Source: Lingula anatina
Lineage: Eukaryota > Animalia > Brachiopoda
DNA length: 64,000 nucleotides
Assembly (NCBI GenBank): GCA_051362555.1
Contig: CM120648.1
Location: 5,142,587-5,206,586, forward strand
Direction: 5' to 3'
Both the position numbers and the translations under genes were made by a program. Below the pieces are notes generated by a model, which did no database searches, had not been told where the DNA came from, and saw only the letters and a program-made list of their open reading frames with translations. Shown here one piece after another: positions 38,413-50,837 of this stretch. Position 1 is the stretch's first letter. Each line of letters begins with the position of its first letter.

Positions 38413-41400
38413 GTACAAGCCGAGTAAAAAGTGAAAATTACCCAAAATAATAAGTCGGTAAGCTTGAAAAAGCTTTAAAACTGTACCTTTAACATATATC
38501 TGGTCGTAAACATCAATTATCTACCCGTTTACCCAGTTTTTAAAGAAACGAAAAATCAATAGGGCGCGTTTAGTGGCAATGATTTGACATTGCTACCTGC
38601 TTAATATGCGCCTTTAAAAGTATTCAAAACATTAAAAATATTTGCAATACATGCAATGCCCAACAGTATAGCCCGTCATTTGAAAACAGCAGGGCAGTAA
38701 AAAGAAGAGTAGTTAAAGTTTAAAGGCAGTCACTTCCAAAAAATCTGACTAACTTCTAAAGCGGAAATGCACATTAAAAAAATTGCTATGTCGGAAATGA
38801 CGTGGCACACTCTTACTCACCTGAAAGAGCGACCAATGAGAGCTTATTTTTCTCGTGTTCAGGGGCCCATTCCTTCCATATGCCCTGCTGGGCCGGGATT
38901 TGAACACCCTGAAAAACAGGATACTGTATTTACTAACTCCATATTTCCATTCCTTCCATATTCCCTGCTGGGCTGGGATTTGAACACCCTGAAAAACAGG
39001 GTACTGTATTTACTAACTCCATATTTCAAACAAAATTTCTAACTGTTTAAGAGAAAGGACAGCCGTCGCCGTTCTGACTTGCAGACGCTGATAGAACCTA
39101 CATGTAACTCCTGATCTGGGTTTATTTGGACCGCAGTCAAGAGAACGTATTATTATAGTCACACTTGGAAAGTTAGCCACGATAGGACCGCGGTCATGCG
39201 TTAACCGTCGAAAATACCAAAGTAAATGTCCATAGTGTGAGATAATTGCGGGGTGTGATCGCGCGTAAATTAAGGGAGCGAGAGTGAAGTAGGGATAGAG
39301 GATGCAGGCCAGCAATTAAAAAAGGGGGGGTCTATTTCTAAAACAGTGGACCTTTAAGATGAAACCTCCTTGTGCCTAGATTAAAATTTTACCCAGAGAG
39401 GACCTTTTCACAGCAAAGGAAGGGTTCTTCCGAACCCTCCGAGCCCCTCTTACTACAGGCCTGGGATGGGTGGTAACTGTACGAGCACTTCCAGGACATT
39501 TAAACAGGGCATCGAACACAACGGAAATCGAAAATATAATGTAACTCGAAAGCTTTTCTGGCATGGGACTTAAATTTGCAAACTGTTCTTTACATCTGTC
39601 GTCTGCTTTCGTTTTCGGCTCCATATCCTTGAAATCAGGATACCCCGTGAATAAACAACTCAAGTATTCATGCTTGTACTTGAATCATTTTATTGAACGT
39701 CATATCCTTACCATTGGCCCACTTACTAGCTCTGTTTTTTTTTTTTAGGCTAAGAAACGTTGCATTTTTGTACTTGCTTTCCTTTTCACTCCTGCATTTG
39801 ACCTGTGAAAGAATTAGGAGCAAAACGCGACATAGGGAGCTTTCTGCATTAAGCTAGTGCACGTATAATGTAATCGGATGTACAGGGTTCAGGCTTGCAA
39901 ATAATTCCGTGTGGAGATAAAAGTCGTTTTCTTTACCCTCTCTATACATGAGCATACTTTACCAGAGACCACCTGCGTGATGACGTCATAACTGTAAAAA
40001 AGTCATGCACCGCGCAGTAATATGAACAGCCAGTAAATAGACAGAGGAATGCCTGTGGATATCTCGCGTGAGACACTTCCGACTGTGGTCCTGGGCCCCG
40101 TAACTCGAAAGCATCGCGCATTGCGACCGAGCACAAGCGTCTCGATTCCATAACTCGCCCATACTCGCCCCATATAATAGCCTCGAAATAAAAGGTGATA
40201 TCCCTATTCGCACTTCGCGATGCTTTCGAGTTACGAGGCCCTGGTAGAAGGGAGGCAGAGGGTGACGCGTGAGGACGTGTTCTGCATAAGGGCGCTTTCA
40301 GGACAACTGATCCGCGAAAAAAATATGTTTTACCACAAATCGTGTGAATTATTAATATTAAGACCACATGGGTGTGACGATAGCGATCTATATGTTGAGT
40401 GCCAACTTTGAAATAGGCATTATATCCGAGGACAGTTTAGCTCACGTTGTTCTCATTTGGTCTGAACGACTGAGAATGAATTAAAATTATAAAAGGATCA
40501 ATTTCTATTTTGTAGCGTTCACATCACCCTCTCAGGATTAAGCTTCGACACAGAGATTAATTTTCTTCACAGGACAATATAACATGTTTTGAAATGTACT
40601 TTGTGGTTGTGCACAATTTCAACCTCATCATAGTACAGGGAGCGTGAAGAAAATAAACCACTGCTAATCGTGTCTGTGAAATACATTAGTGTGTTTTTCT
40701 ACAAGTTACTTTCGGTTTCGATTGAGGTTCCTGGAAGCAAATTCCTAGCTGAACCGCAGCTGGTATGTATAATGCAGTAGGATATTTACTGGTACTGGTA
40801 CGACATGAGTCACAGAGCCGCACATAACATACACAGGTGTTTAACTTGAGCGGATTTCACGTATTTAGTATAATTCAGTGATGAACAGTTGTATCCCAAT
40901 GGCATATCAGTTTGGGGGGGGGGGGGGGGGAGAGAGGGGAGCTTGGGGATGGGGCAGTGGTACATTGTACCCGCTTCTCCCCTTTTCAATCTATAAAGAA
41001 TTATAAAAAAATTAAAAAACACACTAGACAAAAGCAGACAATTTAAGTCTCCCTTACTATGAACTTATCTTAAACACAGCTAGGTCAAATAATGTGAGTG
41101 CGTTTGTTTTTTAGTAGGTCTTGATTTTTTGTACGCCGCTTTGTATCTATGAACAAGAAAGTTGCACATTTTATTTCTCCGATCCACTAAAGCCGTCGAT
41201 ATATTTTTTTTTTGGGGGGGTATAGGGGATACTGAATCATTTATATTGGATAAAAACAGAGTACTTACTACCTAGCGACTTAGTCTACGACCTAAATGAA
41301 ATCAACGGGGTTATGCGTGTACATGCACTTACTTCCGAGAGCCCTTGCAACAACCGAATAACGACAACTAGCCTCCAGTCGATTTTCATCATGGTGGGAA

Positions 41401-41731
41401 TGGTGGCGAACAGCGCGAAGCTGATGACAGTGGCGGCACAGAACACCCTGAAACAACACGCACGTGACAGCTTTAACAAACTGATATCGAGATTTTTGTT
41501 TTACTGCAGTGTATACAGAAATGTATTGCGTTCTATGCGTCAAGTATAGTGTAGTTGGGTGTAAGACAGTTACAGATAGAGACATTTTAAACGCAAGGAG
41601 AGAGAGAGGGAGAGAGAGACAGGAATCAATTTCAAGTCAGACGTCAGTGCACATAAAATTAGATTTATATGCATAGATAAATAAAAGGAGAAATAAAGAT
41701 TACGCAAATGAAACAACAAATTGGTATCAAA

Positions 41732-41770
<39 letters not shown>

Positions 41771-43700
41771 AAGACAAATATTAAAACCAAGTGAGAAAGT
41801 CGTACCTGTGAGCTGGTAGGGCAGCCGCGAGCACTCCCCCCGGAAGCTGTGTGATGATGTAGCCTATACCGTAGGCCGTAAACACCCAGCCCACCTCGTC
41901 TGTGCTCCACGGCAGCGTGAAATTATCTTCAGCTGGACACTGGAAAAAACAGAGAAAAAATTACACACACATGCATATCTCTGACAATTTGATTCATCAT
42001 ACAATGCCGCTTTTATGATAAAGCCATCAGCAGGGCGTCAGTTCATTTTTTAGAACAGCCATAAGCTGGAGAATAATTACTTAAGTGAAAATGAATAAAT
42101 TTATTTCACGTGTTATTTTGTTATCTTCACATATATTTCAGACAACAAATACATCCATGTGGTTGATGCATAACGTAACTGCCCATTGTTACAGGAAACA
42201 CATCTCTATTTACGACCACAAAACAATAGCGGCACTTCCCTCGTTTATCTTGGTAGTCGATACGACGGTCAAGTGTTCAGAATAACACCTGATTAAGGGA
42301 CCGTTCCCATAAAACTATCGTACTGTAACTATCAGGATAGACCTAGGGGATTCTCGCTTAGTTGCATTCCGTTTAATAGTGCAAGAAAGTAATTTACCCC
42401 TACCCTCTACCAGGGCGACAGGTTGATTTTTCACAGGTATGTCTTCAGATAAATGGACAGTCATTTTGGTCTAAAATTTTCCGTTTTCCCCTATATAATC
42501 AGCCAACCTGGAAGCAACCTGGAAGAGGGTGATTTACCCCCCCCCCCCCCCCCCCCCCCAGCAGCTTCAGTGGGCATGAAAGACATGTACACTGTGTAAG
42601 CCTCTTAAACTGCATGCGATTTAGCGAGAATCCTCTCGGAGTTAGAGCGATCACGCTAGCACGATAGTTTTATGGGAACCAGTCTAAGACTGAAAATGAC
42701 ATTATAATATTACTAATTGTTATATCTATAAAGCAAATTTAGTCCTGTCCTTAGCCAGGAAATGTGTTTTATCTGTTCATTTAAGGGTCAGGTCGGGTCA
42801 GGTCTATGTACGTAATATGTACTCGCATCTAGGTTCGATAAACAAGCCTGTTGTGATAAAAGCAGTAAAGATTAAGATAATTAAGATTTAGATTTAAGAG
42901 ATTTCAAATAAATACACTTGAAATTGGAGGAGTTTTGTATATGCATAACAAGTTTTTTAACGTAACTAAAACGTTCAAGCATGGTGGAGTATGTAACAGT
43001 TTTATCATGTAAAAGTACAAAAAATCCACTTATAACCAACACATTATTACTCCTAGTTACGAAGTCAGGTATCTTACATCAGGTAATCGCGCGTTTATCA
43101 GATAGATGATCCGAAAGTAAATACCCCCCCCCCCCCCAGGTGTAAGTTATTTCCAGACCAGTCTTTTTCGATTATCTTCTCGATGATAATTTCGATCTCG
43201 GTACCCGTTCTAAAGGACAAAATCAACCTATGTTTTATGCCAATTTCCGTCGAAGACACAAAAAACAGCTGACTATAAACAACAGGCACTGCATTTCATT
43301 ACTTTATATCGGTACTAAGTGATCTTACGATTGTTTTTCTATTATGTTGTTGCACTTAATCATTGTGATCGATAACACGAGTAACAATACTACTTAATAA
43401 TATTCAGCATAAAATCAATAAGCAAAGATACCCAACGGCACTCATCTTATCATAGACAAGGCCGCTGTCTACAGAATAGCTAAAGAGTCTGTTAGGAGGT
43501 GCATTTTTAGGAGAGGGTGCATACTACCCGGCGACGTACAAGGCTCAATATATTTATATAATTTAGTGCATACAACAGTTTCTTCCTGTGTGTATGCGTG
43601 TGTGAATGTGTGTGTAAAATTTCGGAGTGTGTGTGTGTAAATTATCCAGTGTGTGTCTATGTGCTAGTGTGTTTATGAAAGTGAAAGAGAAATTGAATGA

Positions 43701-43742
<42 letters not shown>

Positions 43743-44759
43743 GAACTCTCTTTCTCTCTCTCTCTCGCTCTCTCTCTCTCTGCGTATAGAATAGGTATCA
43801 GCCATGGACGTACTAGTCTCTATACACATACCTGTGTCCAAGTACACGTACCTCTATTCAGTACAAATATTTCTTTTACTTCGTTTCTAGTCTTCAAAAT
43901 ATGTATAAGCAGAAATTCAATCTAATTTAGTTACCAGTGGGTAAAAAATCAGCCATGGATTAAAAAATGAGATCAGATTCACTTGTAATTGATTGCTATT
44001 TATAACGTGCAAACTAGATTGCCCTGAGAGTATGGGGGGTTAATAATGCCATATCAGAACTCAATGACAAAAGACTGATAATGGCGGATCTTTGTAAGAG
44101 TCCACCGACAAAGGACAAATGTTAAAAGCCTTTGTAGTCAAGAGGGGTACACGTGAGAACAATAGTATTTGTATCGTGAAGGTGGTGGGGGCGGCTCGTT
44201 AAAGGATAACCATGGCAACGATACTACCAAGTGACCGTGCAAGTCCTTTTACTTTTATATAGGACACAGTGGTATGAGTCAGTTTGATGACCAAAATCAT
44301 TAAGGTTAGTGAGAGTGTATAAAATGGATGAGCTTAGGAGGGACGTTTGGCTTGCTAATGTCCATGACTCAGTTGTTGTATTTTGACCAAGTAAAAAAAA
44401 TTGAGCTCCTAATTTTAAAATTGGCTAGTCTTAGTGTATCAGAGCCATAGACTATATTTAAAAGCGCGATCAAGCAACCACTGGGACGTGTAAACTAAAA
44501 TTTAACTAACTTAAATCCTATATATAATAATAGCTAGGGTGGTAGTACATGTGCATCAGCTTAAGTTTTACGTTGACACTGAACCACTACTTACCGTTGA
44601 ATTCAGAGCATCGCTGTGGCTTCCCTCTGTTCCGTTGGTCTTCACAACGTCGGTGAACGTGACGGATAAGGCGCTGCGCAGTCCGAACGAGAGGCACAGC
44701 CCGAGAAAACTCAAGAAGGAGACCAGATAGCGTCTCTGAACCCATCCGCACCACGCCAT
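32618..44759 (-). CDS. SLC17 family MFS anion transporter, vesicular glutamate transporter-like, paralog A (11 exons, 537 aa)
   Basis: Exons (-): 44759-44595, 41939-41806, 41447-41333, 38908-38821, 38116-38030, 35207-35038, 34830-34681, 34305-34173, 33819-33697, 33288-33164, 32941-32618. All GT-AG; 1614 nt open. Motifs RYLV..SFGLR, GYIITQLPGG, RLLQGLSEGV.IPA, ILTSFPVWA...RSW, RKLFNCVGFGVEA, NPLDLARDYASILMGIS and FYAIFASGKQQSW parallel SLC17A6-8. Confidence 0.9.
35257..37308. mobile_element. Kolobok-like non-autonomous DNA transposon (~2 kb) in intron 5 of paralog A
   Basis: TTAA|GGAGGGAATGTA ... TACATCCGCTCC|TTAA: imperfect 12-bp TIR with TTAA TSD. No transposase ORF. A possible nested TACACCTGA...TCAGGTGTA element lies at about 35425-35705. 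Confidence 0.6.
38867..39027. repeat. 80-bp tandem duplication spanning the exon 4 acceptor of paralog A
   Basis: Two copies with period 80 and 3 mismatches. Confidence 0.95.
40094..40240. mobile_element. Harbinger-like MITE with CTG target duplication
   Basis: TIR GGCCCCGTAACTCGAAAGCATCGCG / CGCGATGCTTTCGAGTTACGAGGCC, flanked by CTG on both sides. Confidence 0.75.
42297..42684. mobile_element. Harbinger/Tourist-like MITE carrying a nested Mutator-like MITE
   Basis: TIR core GTTCCCATAAAACTATCGT / ACGATAGTTTTATGGGAAC with TAA TSD. Internal gaaagtaatttacccc..cagctt is shared with the 53169 family. Confidence 0.8.
42401..42531. mobile_element. Mutator-like MITE (family copy 2), nested
   Basis: TACCCTCTACCAGGG ... 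CCTGGAAGAGGGTG with a perfect 9-bp TSD ATTTACCCC (42392-42400 and 42532-42540). Confidence 0.8.
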
Positions 44760-45589
44760 GACGACGGCGTCTCCGAAGGAACGTAAGATGGCGTCGAAGA
44801 GAACAAGAGTGGTATTGATGTTTGCTTCGTGTATGAGAAAAGAAGAGGTCTTGAATTCCTTTCAGAGGTCAGTCGTAACTGTTTTCTCACGCAAAGTAAT
44901 GTTTTACTCGCCGTGCAATGTTAATGTGTGACACATCCGATGAATGAACTGTTTCTACGAGTTACTCTGGAGATCTTGGTGCATGCCGGCCTCGCACAAG
45001 GCCTTATCCGCGAACAACCTTGGCTCGCATCATAATGTCTTCTTTGAGAAAATGTGAACCAGTTTATGACGCAGCCCGGAAGTTACCGAAAGGTTTATTC
45101 CTGGAAGGACAGTGCCATGGCTTTAAGACTCGTGCACTTCAATAATTATATAACCGAGTGAGTCACCGTCCTCTGCTGTAATTATAAGTTCCGGATATAC
45201 AGGATAGGGGGAATCCCCATTCTACAGACCTGCTCTATCTCAGAACTCGAAAAAAGAGAAAATTTGTACTAAGTAGAAAGGATATGACGAATCCTGACTT
45301 GTCATTTATATAGTCACGTGGGGATAAGAAAAGCAGGTATAAAGATCAGTGGCGAACGTTACCAAGTGTTTTGGTACTTAGGAGTAGTCCAAAATCGAAG
45401 GCTATTCTTCCTATTTCAGGCACATGGTGACAAGATAGGGCGACAAAGGGAAACTAGCGTAACCGCACCTAGTTGTAGCTGCCAGAATGGCGAATTTTAG
45501 TACAGTGCGTGAGAGCAAGAGTTCGGACATGAAAAGGCAAAATATTCGGCATGAAGGTAAGCCTGACATTGACAAAAACGGGAGTGATA

Positions 45590-45838
45590 GAGTGGCGGAT
45601 TTAGGGGGGAGGGGCGGTGTCAGGGGGGGTTCTGAAAAAAATCACACCAATGGTCCCCTCTTGAAATTAGAATTTTGACTAGCTGAATCATAGTTTTAAA
45701 CCGTACCAAATGGCACCGTTCGCCCTCTAAATACAATTTATTTTCGGGGCGCTTCAACGGACCCCGAACCCCACGCCAAGGGGAGGGGGGGGGGAGGGGG
45801 GTCTTACCCCCCTTCAAATAATCCTGGATCCGCCCCTG
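45590..45838. mobile_element. hAT-like MITE upstream of paralog A
   Basis: Ends AGTGGCGGATTTAGG ... CCTGGATCCGCCCCTG (imperfect TIR). Flanks gtgatag / gtgacagt look like a decayed TSD. Confidence 0.6.
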
Positions 45839-46009
45839 GTGACAGTAAAGTGTACGACGAGGTGACCGGTTTAGAACACGAACGAACCGGTTTAGCGCCG
45901 AATAAAGTTAGCTACTTGCTGGTAGTCCGCCTATAATATTGTCAGATATTGATACGTGTATCTTTTTAACGTAAGGACTCACACACACATTCATACACAT
46001 ACACACACA

Positions 46010-46057
<48 letters not shown>

Positions 46058-47822
46058 AGAGAGGGGGATCCAGTCATCACAAATGAAAGAAAAAAGTCAT
46101 TTTTTAAAATTTTTATACGCACAACTGTGATATTCTTTTACATTCTTGTATATCGCTAATGTTCGCCGTTCGTGTACTGTTTAATTAATTACCGTGCTGA
46201 GACCAGAAAATTGAACAGATTGCCTTTTTTGGTTACGTTTTTTCCATCAAGATCTATGTGAAATTGATAAGAATAAGTATTTATACCAACCAGATTACTA
46301 ACTACATGCATTGCTAATAGTGCTGTTCCCTTATGCTAATTTTTCTTTGTTTGCTTCTCTTCCACGTGCAACGTACGTTTATGAAATACAGGATTTGTGA
46401 ACGGTGCAATTTGAAATGTAACACCATTTAGTTGCCATAGCTATTATCACAAAGCCTTGTGACATACTTAAGAGAAACGGAAAATAAGGTTTAAGGATAG
46501 TTTCTAATTGAATGACGTGAACTTAATTATGTGTATTCACGTGATCCGTGTAATTCATCTTGTGTGTATCACGCCTGATTGTTAGGAACAGGCTTGAAAC
46601 GCACATGCCGAGTTTGTCTTTCTCTTATCTCTTTGGGCTGGGCAACTTATGTTTTTTGTCGTTAAGTTTCAGTACTGGTGTGTTTATTTAACTTTTTTTA
46701 TAATGTACTGGAATGAAAAATTGGGTCACAGAATCATTGATAGCTTAGTAATCTATTTTTTGCTAAGAACTACCGCATACTAGATGCTCCAAGTGTGTTA
46801 TGTCGTACAATAAGGAAATTGAATTATTTATGCATGTATAATATCCATAAAGTAAAACAGTACTTTCAGATAAAGAAGTGCTCAATAAATAACTAGAATT
46901 CCAGGGTTATATAGCATAATACTTGTCAAATAGAGGCGTAATAAAAGCAGGGTTGACAGAGATAAAGAACTTAAAAGTTAAGAGATGACAATGTTCCTTT
47001 CTATCTGTTGTCTATCAGTCAAAAATGTTCGATGGGTATTTAGGTCACAGGGCCCCAACCTCGGATCAAGAAATCTCAACATTGTTTTACTAAGTATAAA
47101 ATTAACAACTTATTTTGAGTTTAATCTTTAGTTGGAGATAAGGTAGTACTTTTTTGTTGTAAAAGTATGTTTATCAAGCTTTGGTCATCATAATTGTATG
47201 ACTATTCCATGTCAAGTCACATAGTCTCCTGATGGTTGAACCCGGAATTGACCTGGTTTGAAAAGATAAAAAGTGATAACCATGTGTGAAATCAGCACCG
47301 TCGATTGTGGTTTCGTCACAGCTAACGCAATCACCTCTGCAGGCACTATTCATTTTATCTCTTCGGTCGATTGCTGTAAAGTTCGGATGTGTGCTCCTCT
47401 TGTTATGTGATGATGAAAAAAGTGAATCTTGGCGAAAGTAAACGTATGCTTTTACTTTTCAGGAAAAACATTTCAGATGTTGCCTCACTTTATACCATAG
47501 CTGAATATTGTTGCATGATGATCCCTTTTACTAAACACGTTCGACGCAATTTTATTTTGTGCGTTGGATAGAGTATGCGCGTGCAATATGCTAGTGAACG
47601 TAATGTGGTTTTCCATTTTTGAACTTCAAATAGAGCCAGCCCTATTCATCTTGTACTTTTCCAGTGTTTCATTCTTTTGATTACTTCAATCAACTGAATG
47701 AAAGGTGTGTCTTCCCAGGTTTTTGTTATATTTTCTGTTATCAATTAGTGTTTCTCAATGTAAAACATTACAAAGTGAAGCTTAAGATTGATTATAATAC
47801 TGTCTGAACGATTGAATCAGTG

Positions 47823-48187
47823 TTAATATGGGGCCATAGAATCATAATACGATTCTCGGAGAGGATCATCGTCAAATATTCCATCATCATATTCATCATC
47901 TTCGTCATTGATCTCATCATAACCTGGATAACCCGAACCGCCGGTCTTTTCCGAAAACCGAACGCTTCTACTTCGTGTGGCTCCGTAACTGGTCGTGTTT
48001 TTCCGCGTGATGTCAAGTTCTCTTGCGTCGCGGTAACTGGACCACGGCTGCTGTTTTCCGCTGGCGAATATGGCGAAAAATAGGACGCCGCCAAGTTCTA
48101 TCCCCGCGGTCAACCAGAACACGTTGGACCAACCCGCAGGATCCTGGAACATGTATTATAATAAATTTAACACCAGTATCTCTCTCT

Positions 48188-48246
<59 letters not shown>

Positions 48247-50305
48247 TTCATATACTTATGCGTTTTACGTGTTATTTTCATAGATCTTTATGTTTGGTGA
48301 TTATCGTGTAGTACATGTACATACGTTACATTTAATTCGCTTTTTTGCAACTTTTCCTATAGCAATATTCACAACAACCATTCACCATCTTCACAATGAT
48401 TCATATACAGCATTATATACACTGAGATTATTTCGTATTTTATTTTGTTAGATTTAACAACAATGCCGTCTGTTGGTGACAGGCATTCTTCACTCCCCCC
48501 CCTACATACCCTGTTGACGGTAAGAACCCCAACAACGTTGGGCATAATCATTCCTCCTATTCCTCCTAGTTTGGAAATGCCCATCAAAATGGCGGCATGG
48601 TCACGTGCTAAGTCCAGGGGATTGGCTTGGTAACCTACGTGAATATACGCAATCTGAAGTCAAGCGGCTTACCTTAACCAGATTTCCAAATCTTATGATT
48701 TTCAAAGGATGAAGAAAGTTAAATGTGGTGATAACTTTATTTGTAGCTCTGTACCGTATAAACCACAATTTTCAAGTATAATGCAGATTACATTAATAAT
48801 AGTTGAATATAGCTTGCATTTGTTGTAAGTCTGACGTAAAACGACAACTGTGGAATCCTTCTCGGTATACAATGTATATAATATGCACCAAAACGAAGTA
48901 TTAAAACAAATAAAAGTCGAATGAAAATCGACATATACATGCACATTGTAGACAATTAAATTTTCCGTACAAACCTGAAGCCGCAAACCCACTGGATCCA
49001 CATGACACAGATAGTAAAACCACGGCTAAGATTTCATTCGGAAAATATGACGTCATGAATCCGGCGACTATTAAGATTGTTGCCTCAAAGCCAAAACCTG
49101 AAAGGAGAATTTCATTTAGCCTAATGAAGAAGGGGGTGTATATGAAATGAATCCAGCTGGTGATGGGCTGTTAAAAATAACGTTAGATGTTTCAAGATTT
49201 CACGGAAAGTGACATGAAAAGCAATATGTCAGATAGTCCAGCTGATTTTCATTTGCCTGATTTAATAGATTTTCTGAAACGTGTCCACATCTCCGATGCA
49301 AATAACAACCTGACGGCTTTTTTAATCTGCCAAATTAACTGCAATTAATAAATTCGACAATTGCATTAAATTATCAGTAAAATTCTTGAAGCTCATTTCA
49401 GTAACTGACAGTTTTAAAGAGGAATATTTTTTTAAATACAATATTTTTTTAGATACTGTTCTGTCACACGTCTTTGGCACCTGTACATGTACAGTGTGCA
49501 GGTAACAGTTTACAGTGATCAATGGGGACATTCACACTAGAAGATCGAGGATCTTCTGATGCACGGAACAAATATGACGGACCCTACATGAAAGAAGAGC
49601 CAACTAATCCGCATTAAACGGATTAAATCACGGCTCCGAGGTTTAATTACTAGACCCCTGCAAGGACGGCGCATGACGGGAGACCACCAGAGGATTAGTC
49701 GACTCTTCTTTCATGTAGGGTCCGCCATATTTGATCCGTGGATCAGAAGATCCTTAAATCTTTTGATCTGAATGGGGTCAATGGGAACCCAATTAGAAAC
49801 CTACCAACACAGTTGAATAGCTTCCTGGCCACAGTCCTGGAGACCACCTTCCGCTTCAGGACGAAATCAGCAATGGCCGCCCCCACACACACGGTTACTG
49901 TCGTCACAAAAAACGGGACAGCTGACAGGTACCCGATCTAGAACGTATATACATTTGTTTTCGATAGAAATCTTAGATAATTATAATTATTGCGTAATAC
50001 ATTTCATTGTGTCCTAAATTTCAAAGTTTTAATACATTGTATAGTATTGCTTGTTGTTAAGTATAATGCTGGGAGTATTGTTCTGATTTCGTGTACTTCA
50101 TAAACCTCTCCTTGGTGTCTGTATGTTGGTTTGCAAGCGTACACCGGTAAGTGAGTTTTTTTGTATATTACTGTATGAACGTACATGTACATGTATGACA
50201 GAAGTTTCACAATTACAACAGGCTGCACGGGAATTTGACCTTACCTTAATGTCATTAACTGTATTTCAATACTATGAATAAAAGCTATGCATAAATGTAG
50301 ACTTA

Positions 50306-50346
<41 letters not shown>

Positions 50347-50789
50347 AAAACTTTGGTGACTGAAATTGTCAGTATCTCCATGTTAAGTCCTTATGCACGT
50401 TCTTACACTGTACCAGGTAGAACTCATCATATAGATTAACTTTTTTCAAGTTTCTCTTAAATCCATCATATGAATACTGTGCATGTGTATATACCGCTAA
50501 TGAAATAAGAACCAAGTTCAAAGAATACAAACCACATCAATTGGCATGTGGAAAACGTTGTCCAAATATTCTGAGAAATAATTGGTCACCAGTAGGAGGA
50601 CCCAGCTTCGGGTAGTTCCGGCAACGAAAACTGCCCATACAGGAAGTGACGTCAGAATTGACTTCCACGGAATCCCTTTAACCTAAATTGCAATGTACGC
50701 ATTAATTATTGTAAGATGGCCAAATGTGTAATAATTCAACTGATTTTTTTTCATTTGTGATTTGATGTAAAGACAGCAAGATCAAGGCT

Positions 50790-50837
<48 letters not shown>

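Noticed and set aside
38465-39356. Kolobok-like TTAAAGG/CCTTTAA ends bracketing SLC17 exon 4
   Set aside because: The candidate ends do not form matching TIR pairs, so an exon-capturing element is not supported.
47792-48094. 100-aa overlapping minus-strand ORF in the last exon of paralog B
   Set aside because: Alternative frame of a GAT-rich coding exon; the frame homologous to paralog A ends at 47823.
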